Shown here one piece after another: positions 51,722 to 64,000 of a stretch of 64,000 nucleotides of DNA (its first letter is position 1; each line of letters begins with the position of its first letter). The translations under genes were made by a program, and so were the position numbers. The stretch is taken from assembly GCA_965197925.1 (NCBI GenBank), contig CBDAOC010000017.1, forward strand, positions 1 to 64,000, given 5' to 3'. Below the pieces are notes generated by a model. The model ran no database searches. It had not been told where the DNA came from and saw only the letters and a program-made list of their open reading frames with translations. The stretch is from Nitrososphaerales archaeon. GTDB taxonomy: Archaea; Thermoproteota; Nitrososphaeria; Nitrososphaerales; UBA213.

Positions 51722-52054
51722 GCATCTGTAATAGACAACGACTTTTTTTTGTCATCTCTCTAGTTTGTTATTATAGGCTGGAGGTGTTTTCAAATTAAAC
51801 ACCTTGTTTTGTCTTGGCGGATAGGTAGATTTAGTCAGTTAAGTATTAATCTCTAGACTTGCCTATTTTTACAACTTTTGGAAAATAATTTTTCTATATT
51901 AAATAGAATCAATAATCTTCAGAGATGAAGAATCAATCTTAAAAAAAGTGCTAAAACTTCTAAATAACTCTAAATTACACATAGAACCTATCATAGATTA
52001 AACAGAATCACTATATGAATTTCTGTTCTATTAAGCATATATTAATACCGTGCA

Positions 52055-52840
52055 TCAAATGGGCTTGCTTACTTCTCTTGTGAACATATATGCTGCAAGC
52101 ACTGTCATAGTTGTAACGAAGCCAATCAAAACTGAAATATTTACGAATAAATCAATGTTTGAAATAGTATGTCCAATAATAAACATCCTTACGAGCCCTA
52201 TCGAGTGGGTTAGGGGATTTAGCTGTACTATCAATGCCAACCAATCAGGCATTAACTCTAACGGGAATAATGCAGTGCTTAGCATAAATAATGGCATGCC
52301 AAGAAAGTTCATCATGGCCCAAAAGGCTTCCTGCGATTTGGCAAGCACTGCTGCAATCAATGATATACCAGCCAAACCCATAGAGAAAAAAATTATCACA
52401 AGCATAGCCGGCAGTAGGGCTATAGGGTTTTCCAATCGTACGCCCAAAGTCATTGCTATGGCAACTATTATTGATGCCTGAATAGCTGATATTATTGAAA
52501 TTCCAAACATTTTTCCCACTGCTATTGAGGTTCTTGAAATCGGCGTGGTCAATAATTTGCTCATATATCCAAACCTCCTGTCCCAAAGCGTTGTAGCACC
52601 TCCGAAAATGCTACTGAATATTGCGGTCAGCATTATAATACCTGGAGTTATATATTCAATATAAGAACCCGCATAACCAGTAGTATTAAGTAACTTCTGT
52701 GTTCCTGCAAATGTGCTTCCTATTAAGATTAGCCAAGCAGCCGGCTGCAATATTCTTATTGTCATCCCAATCCTAGATCTACTATACCTCTTCAACTCGC
52801 GCCAAAAGACCCAATAAGCATCTAAAATCGATACTAACAT
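52055..52840 (-). CDS. ABC-2 type transporter permease (DrrB-like)
   Basis: WRELKR, YITPGI, WDRRFG..LLTTP, LSTALFP, NPLTH; start set at MLVSIL after the ATPase stop. Confidence 0.92.
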   Translation of the reverse strand: MLVSILDAYWVFWRELKRYSRSRIGMTIRILQPAAWLILIGSTFAGTQKLLNTTGYAGSYIEYITPGIIMLTAIFSSIFGGATTLWDRRFGYMSKLLTTPISRTSIAVGKMFGISIISAIQASIIVAIAMTLGVRLENPIALLPAMLVIIFFSMGLAGISLIAAVLAKSQEAFWAMMNFLGMPLFMLSTALFPLELMPDWLALIVQLNPLTHSIGLVRMFIIGHTISNIDLFVNISVLIGFVTTMTVLAAYMFTREVSKPI

Positions 52841-52844
52841 ACCA

Positions 52845-53864
52845 TCATGCCCTTGCCCTCCTGAATCGCTCGGCCATCTGCATCCCAGTCCAAGCTGTTC
52901 CATCCTCGTCACGCAAACCCTTTCCAGTATAGGCCAAGAATACATCTTCCAGTGAAGGTTCCTTGAGTGAAATAGATGATATATTTATGCTCATTGCATC
53001 CGAAAGCTTGAATATTCTAGGGATCAACCTCTCCCCTCCCTTTGTAGAAACGATCAGATGATGATCCGTATTTGTAACGTTATCTATTTCCTTTAATCTT
53101 TTGATTTCACTAACAAATTTATCAAAATTTTCATTGTTCTTATTATTATTATGATCAAATTTCAAAACTATCACTTCCTGCCCAATCTTCTGTTTGAGCT
53201 CATTAAGATCTCCTGAAACTCTTATTTTACCATGATCTATAATGGCTATTCTACTGCACAGTTCGTCAGCTTCTTCCATATAATGCGTTGTGAGAAATAT
53301 AGTGATCTTATATTCCTTATTTATTTTATTAATGTAGTCCCAGATTCTGTGGCGTGTATGAATGTCCAGGCCCAACGTTGGTTCATCAAGGAATAGCACC
53401 TTCGGCTTGTTAACCAGTCCCCCCGCAATGTCCAAACGCTTCCTCATACCACCCGAGTAGGTACCAACTATATCATTCGCTCGACCTTTAAGTTCCACCA
53501 AATCCAAGGCTTCATCAATACTTTCATTCAGAAGATTTCTTGGCATATGATTTAATCTAGCCTGAAGTATCAAATTTTCCCTTCCAGTTAGATATTCATC
53601 AACTGCAATATCTTGTGATACGTATCCTATGTTGGCTCTGACCTTGCTTGCCTGCTTGGTTACATCGTATCCTGATACCAAAGCTCTTCCAGATGTCGGC
53701 TTCAGCAATGTCGTTAGAATCATTATGACTGTTGTCTTTCCCGCTCCATTTGGGCCAAGAAACCCGAATATTTCACCTTCTTCGACGCTGAAAGAAATAC
53801 CATCCAAGGCAGTAGCTCCATTTGCGTATGCCTTTGTTACTCGCTCAACTAGAACAGACACCAT
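52845..53864 (-). CDS. ABC exporter ATP-binding protein (DrrA-like)
   Basis: GPNGAGKTT, YSGGMRKRL, LDEPTLGLD, TTHYMEEAD, PSLEDVF. Confidence 0.95.
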   Translation of the reverse strand: MVSVLVERVTKAYANGATALDGISFSVEEGEIFGFLGPNGAGKTTVIMILTTLLKPTSGRALVSGYDVTKQASKVRANIGYVSQDIAVDEYLTGRENLILQARLNHMPRNLLNESIDEALDLVELKGRANDIVGTYSGGMRKRLDIAGGLVNKPKVLFLDEPTLGLDIHTRHRIWDYINKINKEYKITIFLTTHYMEEADELCSRIAIIDHGKIRVSGDLNELKQKIGQEVIVLKFDHNNNKNNENFDKFVSEIKRLKEIDNVTNTDHHLIVSTKGGERLIPRIFKLSDAMSINISSISLKEPSLEDVFLAYTGKGLRDEDGTAWTGMQMAERFRRARA

Positions 53865-55460
53865 CTTTTTTCTGTAACTATTTCTATTGTTATCTATAAA
53901 TTGTTAAGTTTTACTCTTACCATATTATTAATACTCAAAATGATGCTTACTTTTTATCAAGATAACCAATTACCATGCCTTAATCTCGTTGACCATATTT
54001 ATAGAATTATAGTAGCAAGATAATTAGAACATACGTTCTAATGAGGAAAGGTAGAACTTCCCTTAAAAGATACATTTCTCTATATTTAATTCAGATCTAC
54101 GCCAAACAATAAATGGTGTTCATCGAGATCCAGATCTTTTGCATATATTCCATGTAATACAGATTTTATAAAAAATTCGATGTATGTTATACATTACCAA
54201 AAGTCTCTTGATCTACGAGCTTTTTGTATCTAATATAATATGTTTCACGAACTCTGAATTGAATCTCCCGGTCTGTGATAGTCCAATTCACCATTTTGTT
54301 CATTCATCATCTCAAGATTACAGTTGTATTGTACCATTAAATCTGAAATGCCTGAATAGATAGCTGCTGAAAGAAGTGTCCGTTGACATCAATTTACCGA
54401 CCTCTGATATTATTGAATATTCATTTATACATGTTCCTTGGCTAATATTGAATTTACAGATTGAACTCGTAAATAGATATGAATCCTTACAACATTGATT
54501 ATTACATTGGAGATTGAATTATAGGAGAATGAATTGACAAAGTCAGTACAAGAACATAAGAATAACGTAATAGTTAAGGATTCAAACGGACAGATCTTTA
54601 CAAAACCTGATGGTAAAGCCTCGGGAGGACCATGTGCTCTCATCCCCAAAATCTAGTATTACAATAGAATAATTCCTAGAGTAGTGGGCCAATAAAGTGG
54701 GTTGCATTACCCCGAATGCCAAAATTGATATCAATGTTCTCATTGCTAAAATTTTAGTACTCGATTCATTAACAATTTTTTTAAACAGAAATTGCTTGTG
54801 TGTTAACAGCTAAAATTGATATAAGAGCTCAAGATACAGTTACTATAACATTAGAATTGAAGAACTGAAAACTAAGAGAGCTTAATATATTCTATATTAT
54901 ACCAATGAAGTTGATTCATATGCAGTAGAATTACTTAATCTACAAGGCAGAGTTCTTAGAGATGTTGAAAGTATAACCTATTTTACAACATTAGTGGCAG
55001 AAAGGAGGGATAAGACATTTGTCTGGGAAATATATATTTTATACAGATCACGCGTTCATTAGCTTTAGATTTTTTATATTTGTTAAATTGTGAATCAAAA
55101 AGTTCTGCTCTATGATATAGTTATCATCACAATTTCATTATTAGGCGTCTGATAATTCTGGTCTATAAATCAAGACAGCTATGCTCAGGTATCAACATAA
55201 GAATAACACAACCTAATGAAAATGTATTAACATATACTTGCTTTTAGATTAGGAGGATCTAGTATTTATGACATAAAATATTAGAATCTCCTTTTGTATA
55301 AAGTATAGGAATTTAGTTGTTGTAACATCCTTCACACAACAATTAAAACCACAGGGTTATTTACGACAATAGTAGAATCATCCTATCAAATTTTCATTAT
55401 GTGGATTATTCTGGATATCTTAAAAGTTTTAGGAAGAATCAAATGAATTATGGTTTCAAG

Positions 55461-56819
55461 TTATGATTCTACTGTGATAAGTTTTCGTACTATATACAGG
55501 TTTTTCTGTTCAGCATCCATCTGTTTTCCAGTTATTTTCCAAACTCCAACAGCATCTGAACCCGTAAGTGGATATGAGAAGGTTAAGACACCATCTTTAT
55601 CACTACTTAAACGACCACCATCTAATTGACCGTTAGGACCTTGAATTACATAATCCAATAAAGAATTAGGTCTTGCACCTATTATAGTGATCTGGGTAGT
55701 ATCTCCGGCTTTATAATTTTCTTTGTCAGTAGTTAGCTTCAGAGGACCAGGGTCTTCACCAGGTTCTCCATTGGTTGCTTGACCAGAACCACTACCCTCA
55801 GAACCGTTACCAGAACCCATTACTGTAAATACAGCCGTAGTTGTGTGTGGTACCTGTTTTGCAGTTATCACATATCTTCCATCAATGGCATTACTAGGAA
55901 GGGGGCAGGTAGTATTCCAAAGAAGAGATTCAGTGTTAACTCCTGGATTTTGACCACATATTATATGCCCTTTGGGATCAACTATCGATAATGATACCGG
56001 CCTTTCAAGCACAGCCGAACCTGTTAATCTAACCAAATCTCCAGCCCTATATTCTTCCCTATCTGATCTTACTACAAGTTTACCTCCTTCAAGTGGAGGC
56101 AACGAACCTTCGGGTACCTCAACTAAGAATTGAATTACTGATGATTGGTTAGTTGCATCCACACCCCTTATTAGATGTAATCCAATACTAACATCATTTG
56201 GAATAATAAAAAATGTACTGAACGTACCCAAGTTATCTGTTATTACAGCTGCAACCTCCAACTGATCAAAGTATATTTTAATCTGTGAATTGGTTTCATA
56301 TCCCTTACCATTTACCTCTACCTGATCCCCCCGAAATGCCTTCACTTCATTCACATTAACTTCCGGTTTAGATGGCTGTGGAAATATAACATCCTTGGGT
56401 GGTTCTCTAATCTTGATCTTTGTCACCTGGCCATTTTGAAGCATGTTACCATTGTTATCATTTACACTCCACTCAAATGCCGATGATGCAGGATCAGAGA
56501 CCTTAATAATCAATATAGCTCTTCCTCCAGGGCCTAAATCAGATCTCGTTGCTGTGAATGTCATTGTATTGCCGTTCCTATCACCTTCCCAACCTCTAGC
56601 TATTGCAACAATAGGTTTACCTTCTGTGAACGTGATTTCGAAATCATGAATAGAATGAGTGCTTTTAGATGAGTTAACCAATAATATCATTATTACTGAT
56701 TTTTTTCCTTTTGCCAAAACTCTTGCAGAAAACAAATCTTCTTGTGCTAATGCACTCGCTGTCACATTGAAAATCAGTACTATTGCAAGTGTAACTGCTA
56801 ATACTGCTTTGCTTTGCAC
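55461..56819 (-). CDS. Secreted multi-Ig-like-domain protein
   Basis: Signal peptide (ASALA); repeated beta-sandwich units (SDREEYRAGD, TDKENYKAGD); Gly/Ser linker. Confidence 0.8.
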   Translation of the reverse strand: MQSKAVLAVTLAIVLIFNVTASALAQEDLFSARVLAKGKKSVIMILLVNSSKSTHSIHDFEITFTEGKPIVAIARGWEGDRNGNTMTFTATRSDLGPGGRAILIIKVSDPASSAFEWSVNDNNGNMLQNGQVTKIKIREPPKDVIFPQPSKPEVNVNEVKAFRGDQVEVNGKGYETNSQIKIYFDQLEVAAVITDNLGTFSTFFIIPNDVSIGLHLIRGVDATNQSSVIQFLVEVPEGSLPPLEGGKLVVRSDREEYRAGDLVRLTGSAVLERPVSLSIVDPKGHIICGQNPGVNTESLLWNTTCPLPSNAIDGRYVITAKQVPHTTTAVFTVMGSGNGSEGSGSGQATNGEPGEDPGPLKLTTDKENYKAGDTTQITIIGARPNSLLDYVIQGPNGQLDGGRLSSDKDGVLTFSYPLTGSDAVGVWKITGKQMDAEQKNLYIVRKLITVES

Positions 56820-58191
56820 AAAATTTGTAAACAGATGATTCTTTTATTTGTTATGTTTACCTTTTAGTACACAGTAGTTACACTAATCTTGAGAATTCCA
56901 CTTCACCTGATAGAGCCTGATTAATATAATGTATGATATACTTTTCAATTCCATCCCGCTAGGCTCACAGAAGTTATGAATATGAGAGGTTAAATGACAA
57001 TTGGACTTGCGCGGAGTGCATTAGTTAGCTTTATCTAATGCTAGGATAGTAGAAAATAATTTCTAGAATTGTATAATTACTTGGTGTGGCCATAAAACTC
57101 TTGAAATATTGATTATCTCGGTTATAGTCTGACTTGAATCTATAGCTATTTTATAACCACTATATCGTGGCCGAATGATATCGGGGTCCATAAAAATTGA
57201 GCAATTTTAAGTCTCCAAATTCCCTCAGTTGTGAAATCTGATAGAGGGTGAGACAATTGGGCCTGGAATTGGGCCTGGACCTTTGGCTATAGTTTTACTC
57301 AAAAAACCAGTGTTGATCGTTATACTTAAGCAATATGGTATAGAGATAGTAACGCACAGAAGACCGTGTTCAAAAAGCCATTCTTGGACTGGGTATATAT
57401 TGACGGAATAAGTGTTGGAATCCATTGGCAAGATCTAATCCATCCTGTCAGCCTCCTCCACTTGAGCTAAAAATTAATCTGTTGTAGTTGGAAACTAGGA
57501 TTGATGACTGGAAAGATTTTCTATTTTCTCTGATATTTTGCCTTTATGCAATGCAACATTACAAATGTGAAGTTCAATATCACTGATATTACAATTGAAG
57601 ATGAAAAAGGAAGACACCAATTTCCTCCAAAATACTCTGTTTAGGTATCTTTTATCAATTGATGATAAGCACTCTAAACTTGGCAATGGGAACCACTAAT
57701 GAATGTGCTAGGAGCAATCACATAACGATAATATCAATCATTGCAATCCTTAATGTTCAAGATATTCTCTTATCACATTGGTTTAATCACGGTCGATCAT
57801 TCCCTAATTTTAGACGATGCGTGGGCTGAAGAAGCAAATCCAAGTAAGTACTTCGATCTTGATAATGTGGAATTTGTAATGTTAGAGTGTAATACAATTT
57901 TGGTAGTTTATATTTATAGAATGGTCACTTGGGGTGGCAGATAGTACAGTATATATTGAATTTGGTGCACATTAAAATAGTTGTGAGATATTTGACTTTA
58001 CTCGGTCTTTCCTAATTCTAATAATTAGGTAAAATTCATCTTCCCGCGTGCCACACCAATTATAAGATTCCTGGTTTTTATGACTTTAGGATTGCCTATA
58101 TTGGTGACAATGTCTCTTAAAGTCTATATATCTAGTTTCGAACAGAGAGACTACAATAGCACTTATATATTTGAGAAAGTAAATCTGTTAA

Positions 58192-58530
58192 ATGGTAGCA
58201 GGACAAGATTTCTTTACTACAGCATTAACCAAACTGCCGGATAGCATGGTATTGAGATTAGTACATTACATTGATGATGGTAATAAATTTGAACATGCAT
58301 TTGATACTGATGGAAAACAAACTGGCTGTATTCTTAGGATAGTGACAAGGACATTTCATGACAAGTATGGAATTGACTATGAATCTGTTAGAAAGTACAC
58401 TCAACCTAGTGATCTATACCATTTCAATGACGAGTACCATGATAAACAGATTCTATATTCTCTGATTCTTAGAGAAGCGGAAAGACGCGGGTTTAATTCA
58501 ATTCCTGAAACATTAGTCCAGGTTGTTTAG
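58192..58530 (+). CDS. Hypothetical protein
   Basis: 112-aa ORF with TATA TTATATA about 25 bp upstream. Confidence 0.65.
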   Translation: MVAGQDFFTTALTKLPDSMVLRLVHYIDDGNKFEHAFDTDGKQTGCILRIVTRTFHDKYGIDYESVRKYTQPSDLYHFNDEYHDKQILYSLILREAERRGFNSIPETLVQVV

Positions 58531-58564
58531 CTGTTGGAATAGTTATAGCATCAGATAAATAATT

Positions 58565-60523
58565 GAGGCTTGGGCCTAATTTAGTTCGAAACGATAAGAT
58601 CAGGTTCCAGTTTTCATTATTGATATGTTTAATTCAGACTTGATACTTCTTCGTATATTATTTTTGATTGATTTAATTCAGACAAACCTCTTAAGAAGAG
58701 AGGTAAACCCTACTACTATTCTCCTACAGTAATGGTGAGATGCTTCTTCTTTAGAGTTTGGCTAAGAATATCAAGCAACAATGTGTTACATCATTGCTTT
58801 TCGATAGATATGCAATACAACAGGAGAGTTATGAAATCATGTGGTTTGGAGAGTCCCATACAGGAGAACTTTCGACAGAAGGTTCAAGACCATATCAATT
58901 GACATAAGATCAAGGATAGGTGCTATGGGTGTGCTCTTCATAAAAGATGGATTGGTAGACCCATTAGTATCCGTTGACAGTTCATTGTTGAAAGCAAAAG
59001 GACATGTATGGCTAAGATTAAACATGAAGAATGAAGTACCACGTTCAGGTATAGATTCAGATGCAAAATGGGGATTCAGTAGAACCAAGGGATGAATATT
59101 CAGATACAAGATGCATGTAGCCTGCAGTACAGGCTCATTAATTGTACCATTGTCTGCTGACCTAACTGCAGCAAATATTTCTGATATAACGAAGTCATCC
59201 CAATACTCTCCAATACATCATAATCGACGAAATGATAACAAATGCCAGATAGTTTTGTGCATTCTTCTCATATCTGATCCTGGTTCTGTGGAACCCATTC
59301 TTCAACCAGGCAAAGAATCTCTCCACAACATAGCGCGTCTTGCCGTATAGGTATTGTTCTGTATTATCATTTTGTTGTTGTGTCTTACTGTTTTTTCTGT
59401 AAGGCATGCAGTCAGAGATTTTTCTTTTGGTGAGGTATTTCCTGATGAATTCTGCATCATAGCCCTTGTCTGCTTGGCACCGCGCAATTTTTCTGATAGA
59501 TCTCTCATCCAGATATTGTGAGATGCCATCCATCACGTCTACAAATCTTGCAGAGTCATGCTGATTTGCAGGACCCATCACTACTGAGACTGGCAGTCCG
59601 TTTTGTTCCACCGCAACGTGTATTTTTGTGCCTGAAATCCTGTTGAATCCGTTGTATCCTATGACGCTTCCCCTTTTTTGGCCGGAATTGATGACGAATC
59701 GACCGTTTTTTGCAGCTGCATCTTGCCTGATCTGTGGGCTGATTTGACTGCAGCGGAGAGGATATTCTTCCATATTCCACGTCGCTGCCAGTTCTGCAGT
59801 CTGCGGTGCGCAGTTGATTTGGAGCCGTACCTTTGTGACATCCCAGTCCACCTGCATCCTGTTATCCCGACAAACAGGATTCCGTTGACTGTCTTTCTGT
59901 CGTCTGCCCTTGGCCTTCCGGTTCTGGCTGGCTTGGGGAGATGCGGTGATATCATCTTCCATTGTTCACCTGTTATCTCCTGAAATTTCATGATCTGCTA
60001 CGGGCAGCATTGCAAATAGATCCAAATGATCGTCAATTATTCACTAAATGATCAGTTTTGGGATCAGTTGAACATGTATGAGAGTATAACAGCATCAGTA
60101 CCAGGAAGGGATTAGATACATTGTGGGAGATGAGGGATATGATGATCATGAGTTATTTGATTTCAGCAGGTATAGAGGGCATTTACTAGTATTCCCATTG
60201 GAAAGGTACAAGCATACCACAGATAATAATAGACTGGCATTGCTGCAGTTCTATAACTGTACGGACAGTATGTATATTCTCGGAGAAGCATAAGTGTTGA
60301 ACCATTGATAGAGCACATGAAGGATGTGTTTGCCATAGATCCATTGCCAGTTAGAGGATTTGATAAGGTAAGGAGTATAGTGTTGTTATCAGTATTGTTG
60401 TATCAGGTAATGGTTTACTACAACTACTTGACAGGAAGGCCTCTTAGGGCATTGAAGTATATGTTGGGAAGCTAATAGTAATAATTTCAAAATAATATTA
60501 TAATTGAATTATGCCCAAGTCTC
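58565..60523 (+). mobile_element. DDE_Tnp_1-type IS, copy B (inactive, interrupted by IS5 copy 2)
   Basis: GAGGCTTGGGCC left end and GCCCAAGTCTC right end; transposase with stops. Confidence 0.93.
59191..60070 (-). mobile_element. IS5-family element, copy 2 (880 bp, apparently intact), nested in copy B
   Basis: Same TIRs as 39041-39918; TSD AAC; ORF1 59659-59991, AAAAAAG at 59673-59679, ORF2 open to 59195. Confidence 0.96.
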
Positions 60524-60803
60524 AACTAAATGCCTTCTTTCCAGAACATACTACTTTGCTTTTCACAAACTTCATATATCTTACAATATTGTCTTTGCAA
60601 TTTATTGACGTCATAATCGGATAAGAATTTCATAGTACCTTTTGAATCGACCATTCGCCAGATCATGATAGCAAGAGTCAAACCTGAAAATTTAATGCTT
60701 ATGTTCTTCAAATTATTAGTCACAAATACTAGCTCAAAGTTAGGTAATTTGGTAGAGTTCATGATAGTTCTTGAAATAGCGAATCAATCTTATTGAAAAT
60801 TGC

Positions 60804-60862
60804 GGCTATGTAGAAACCATAGATTTTAGCCCCATTGTACATAGAAGTACGCCTGGAGATCA
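60804..60862 (+). mobile_element. Solitary end of the IS family at 19809-20953
   Basis: GGCTATGTAGAAACCATAGATTTTAGCCCCATTGTA matches the reverse complement of about 20918-20953. Confidence 0.8.
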
Positions 60863-60877
60863 GTCTGTTAGATACCT

Positions 60878-61956
60878 GAGGACATGGGCATAATTCCATA
60901 ACAAAAATAACTTGATGCATCTAATTGATTAACTTCCAAGCATGTGCTCCAATGCCCTTAATGGATTTCGTGTAGATGATTGTAGTACTATTACCTGATA
61001 CAACAATACTGATAACAACACTATACTCCTTACCTTATCGAACCCTCTAACAGGTAGTGGGTCTATATCAAATACATCCTTTATCTGCTCTATCAATGGT
61101 TCAACACTTATGCTTCTCCGAGAATATACATACTGTCCGTACAGTTATAGAACTGCAGCAATGCCAGTCTATTATTATCTGTGGTATGCTTGTACCTTTC
61201 CAATGGGAATACTAGTAAATGCCCTCTATACCTGCTGAAATCAAATAACTCATGATCATCATATCCCTCATCTCCCACAATGTATCTAATCCCTTCCTGG
61301 TACTGATGCTGTTATACTCTCATACATGTTATTATCAGAAATATTTGCTGCAGTTAGGTCAGCAGACAATGGTACAATTAATGAGCCTGTACTGCAGGCT
61401 ACATGCATCTTGTATCTGAATATTCATCCCTTGGTTCTACTGAATCCCCATTTTGCATCTGAATCTATACCTGAACGTGGTACTTCATTCTTCATGTTTA
61501 ATCTTAGCCATACATGTCCTTTTGCTTTCAACAATGAACTGTCAACGGATACTAATGGGTCTACCAATCCATCTTTTATGAAGAGCACACCCATAGCACC
61601 TATCCTTGATCTTATGTCAATTGATATGGTCTTGAACCTTCTGTCGAAAGTTCTTTTATCTGGCAACCTATCAAGACCACATGCCTTCATTACCTTCCTG
61701 TTGTATTGCATATCTATCGAAAAGCAATGATGTAACACATTGTTGCTTGATATTCTTAGCCAAACTCTAAAGAAGAAGCATCTCACCATTACTGTAGGAG
61801 AATAGTAGTAGGGTTTACCTCTCTTCTTAAGAGGTTTGTCTGAATTAAATCAATCAAAAATAATATACGAAGAAGTATCAAGTCTGAATTAAACATATCA
61901 ATAATGAAAACTGGAACCTGATCTTATCGTTTCGAACTAAATTAGGCCCAAGCCTC
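60878..61956 (-). mobile_element. DDE_Tnp_1-type IS, copy C (inactive, inverted relative to B)
   Basis: Near-identical reverse complement of copy B, including the shared TGA after SRTKG. Confidence 0.93.
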
Positions 61957-62213
61957 AATTAGTTAGGTGTGGAGAGCTTGCTAATAACTGACCCTAAAAG
62001 AATCATTATGTAATTGGGAATAATAGAACTAGAAATAAATCCTCGTAAATAATTACTGATGACACGCTTAATAACCAAAACAAATTAGGGTTCATTAAGA
62101 TAAAGATTTTATCTTCCGACATTCCATGCCTGTCCCCTACGGTTAGGATTATAAAAAAGTGAAAACGCCTGAAATCCCTACATATAATAAGGTTCTATTA
62201 TGATTATCAAGAG

Positions 62214-63173
62214 TTGGAAGAAAAGATTGTAAAAAATACCGGAGTATTTGAAAGGCAGAGTAGTGTTTTTGTAACTATTTTGCTTGTATCCCCAATAATC
62301 TATACCTTCGCTATAGCACCTGATACGTTTAATATGAGTTGGAATGAGGGTAGGGGTGGATTTCTTTTCGCACTTGCGTTCATAGGTGCTGAACTGATAG
62401 GTACAAAGTTCAAAATCAGCAAGAAACGATTCCTTGGAGTTTTACCTATTACTGCTGCTACTGTTGCTTACTTTACACTATTAGATTTTGGGTTGCGTTC
62501 TAGTATTATGGATGCAGCTTCTGCTTACAACATTAGATTAATCGATAGTTGGGTTTGGATGTGGGATTTCATTGTGATGGCTTTTTATGTAATCTTGTCA
62601 CTAACGGTCCTTTATGGAAAGAATTGGTTAAAAATTGCCCCTGCAGGACCAATTTATCTTTTTGGTAGCGCTGTCATTCTGTCACTTGATGCCTTCTTTC
62701 CTTACGATACCTTAGGTCCATTGCAGTTTTTTGTTCCTTACATGCTTCAAATGGATGCTTGGTTGATAAATTCTATGGGAATTGGTGAGGCGTTTGCAAG
62801 AGAGAATGTAATTTTACTTCAAGGTCAGCATGGTTCTATGGCATTACAGGTTTTCTGGCCGTCTGCAGGTGTACACAGCATGGTTATCTACAGTCTTGTG
62901 ATGATGGCTTTTCTATTAAAAATGAATATTCCACCAAAGAGAAAGATATTCTATTTTCTTATCGGTGCAACTGGAACTGTAATTGTTAACATGATACGAA
63001 TATTCTCACTTTCTCTATTCGCGTTGTTGATTAGTACAAATGTAGTGGAGTTCGAGGAATTCCATTCCATAGCTGGGGAAATAATGTTTCTACCATGGCT
63101 AGCTGCCTATCTATTCATCGTCATGCACCGCGAAGGTAAGCGATTAAAGGTAGCTACAAAGAAATCTAGTTGA
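62214..63173 (+). CDS. Thaumarchaeosortase (archaeosortase/exosortase family)
   Basis: Multi-TM; WNEGRGG, VFWPSAGVHS (Ser at the catalytic Cys position), NMIRI, EFHSIAGE. Confidence 0.9.
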   Translation: MEEKIVKNTGVFERQSSVFVTILLVSPIIYTFAIAPDTFNMSWNEGRGGFLFALAFIGAELIGTKFKISKKRFLGVLPITAATVAYFTLLDFGLRSSIMDAASAYNIRLIDSWVWMWDFIVMAFYVILSLTVLYGKNWLKIAPAGPIYLFGSAVILSLDAFFPYDTLGPLQFFVPYMLQMDAWLINSMGIGEAFARENVILLQGQHGSMALQVFWPSAGVHSMVIYSLVMMAFLLKMNIPPKRKIFYFLIGATGTVIVNMIRIFSLSLFALLISTNVVEFEEFHSIAGEIMFLPWLAAYLFIVMHREGKRLKVATKKSS

Positions 63174-63434
63174 TTTGAAAAATTATATAATTATACATAA
63201 TATTGATGAAGGTCTTTATTATCTTGAAGTTGTTACTGATGTTGGAGATACTGAATGCTCATACAAGATCTATGGTGGTATTATCTTATAATGGATACTG
63301 GTAAAGTAGAGATCAAAACAGTTCATAATCATTACTAGTTGCTCAAATAATATTCTAAGGGCCACGTGATTGGGGGAAAATGACATCTCATCAAATCTAA
63401 CGAAACAACTCTAGGATATTTTGCATGAAATAGT

Positions 63435-64000
63435 GAAGTCATCCCAATACTCTCCAATACATCATAATCGACGAAATGATAACAAATGCCAGATAGTTTT
63501 GTGCATTCTTCTCATATCTGATCCTGGTTCTGTGGAACCCATTCTTCAACCAGGCAAAGAATCTCTCCACAACATAGCGCGTCTTGCCGTATAGGTATTG
63601 TTCTGTATTATCATTTTGTTGTTGTGTCTTACTGTTTTTTCTGTAAGGCATGCAGTCAGAGATTTTTCTTTTGGTGAGGTATTTCCTGATGAATTCTGCA
63701 TCATAGCCCTTGTCTGCTTGGCACCGCGCAATTTTTCTGATAGATCTCTCATCCAGATATTGTGAGATGCCATCCATCACGTCTACAAATCTTGCAGAGT
63801 CATGCTGATTTGCAGGACCCATCACTACTGAGACTGGCAGTCCGTTTTGTTCCACCGCAACGTGTATTTTTGTGCCTGAAATCCTGTTGAATCCGTTGTA
63901 TCCTATGACGCTTCCCCTTTTTTGGCCGGAACTGATGACGAATCGACCGTTTTTTGCAGCTGCATCTTGCCTGATCTGTGGGCTGATTTGACTGCAGCGG
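63435..64000 (-). mobile_element. IS5-family element, copy 3 (runs off the window end)
   Basis: Near-identical to 59191 onward; begins GAAGTCATCCCAATACT. Confidence 0.95.

Noticed and set aside
52841..52945. N-terminal extension of the ABC permease in the ORF track
   Set aside because: Overlaps the ATPase gene by about 100 bp; the ATG at 52840 fits better.
53880..55450. Long AT-rich intergenic tract as an origin or ncRNA
   Set aside because: No ORB-like repeats, adjacent cdc6 or clear structure; looks like decayed coding DNA.
57225..57944. Short ORFs and a 12-bp tandem repeat (AATTGGGCCTGG x2), possibly a methyltransferase remnant
   Set aside because: Only a GIGPG-like fragment; too degraded to call.
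59195..59962. The 255-aa ORF as the real transposase
   Set aside because: Its N-terminus is the alternative frame of ORF1 (59659-59991); the true product most likely joins ORF1 to ORF2 at the AAAAAAG site.
62214..63173. Ser replacing the catalytic Cys in the sortase as a novelty
   Set aside because: This substitution is a described feature of the thaumarchaeosortase subfamily.

Overview
Archaeal DNA of roughly 36% GC by eye. It is almost certainly Nitrososphaerota (Thaumarchaeota), judging from a thaumarchaeosortase, a mcm-hel308-GPT cluster, cbtBA, larCE and fixABCX. Intact housekeeping blocks (1-7.5 kb, 8.6-16.2 kb, 21-31.6 kb, 40-49.7 kb, 51-57 kb, 62-63 kb) alternate with decayed accessory DNA holding at least four DDE insertion-sequence families and many frameshifted genes. 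The region 32.3-39.9 kb is a decayed mobile/defence island. It contains two identical inverted 164-bp cassettes ending like IS200/IS605 tnpB/omegaRNA right ends around a wHTH + RelE-like pair, an AbiV-like HEPN gene between 10-bp direct repeats, NYN and tyrosine-integrase remnants, and a solo casposase-like cas1 remnant with no CRISPR array. The most striking feature is at 50384-50492: an exact 36-bp duplication around a 37-bp GC-rich insert (repeat-spacer-repeat). It is the only frame-breaking lesion in an otherwise open transposase and has the geometry of an off-target Cas1-type spacer integration. All calls come from reading the sequence and recognising motifs; no database searches were run.
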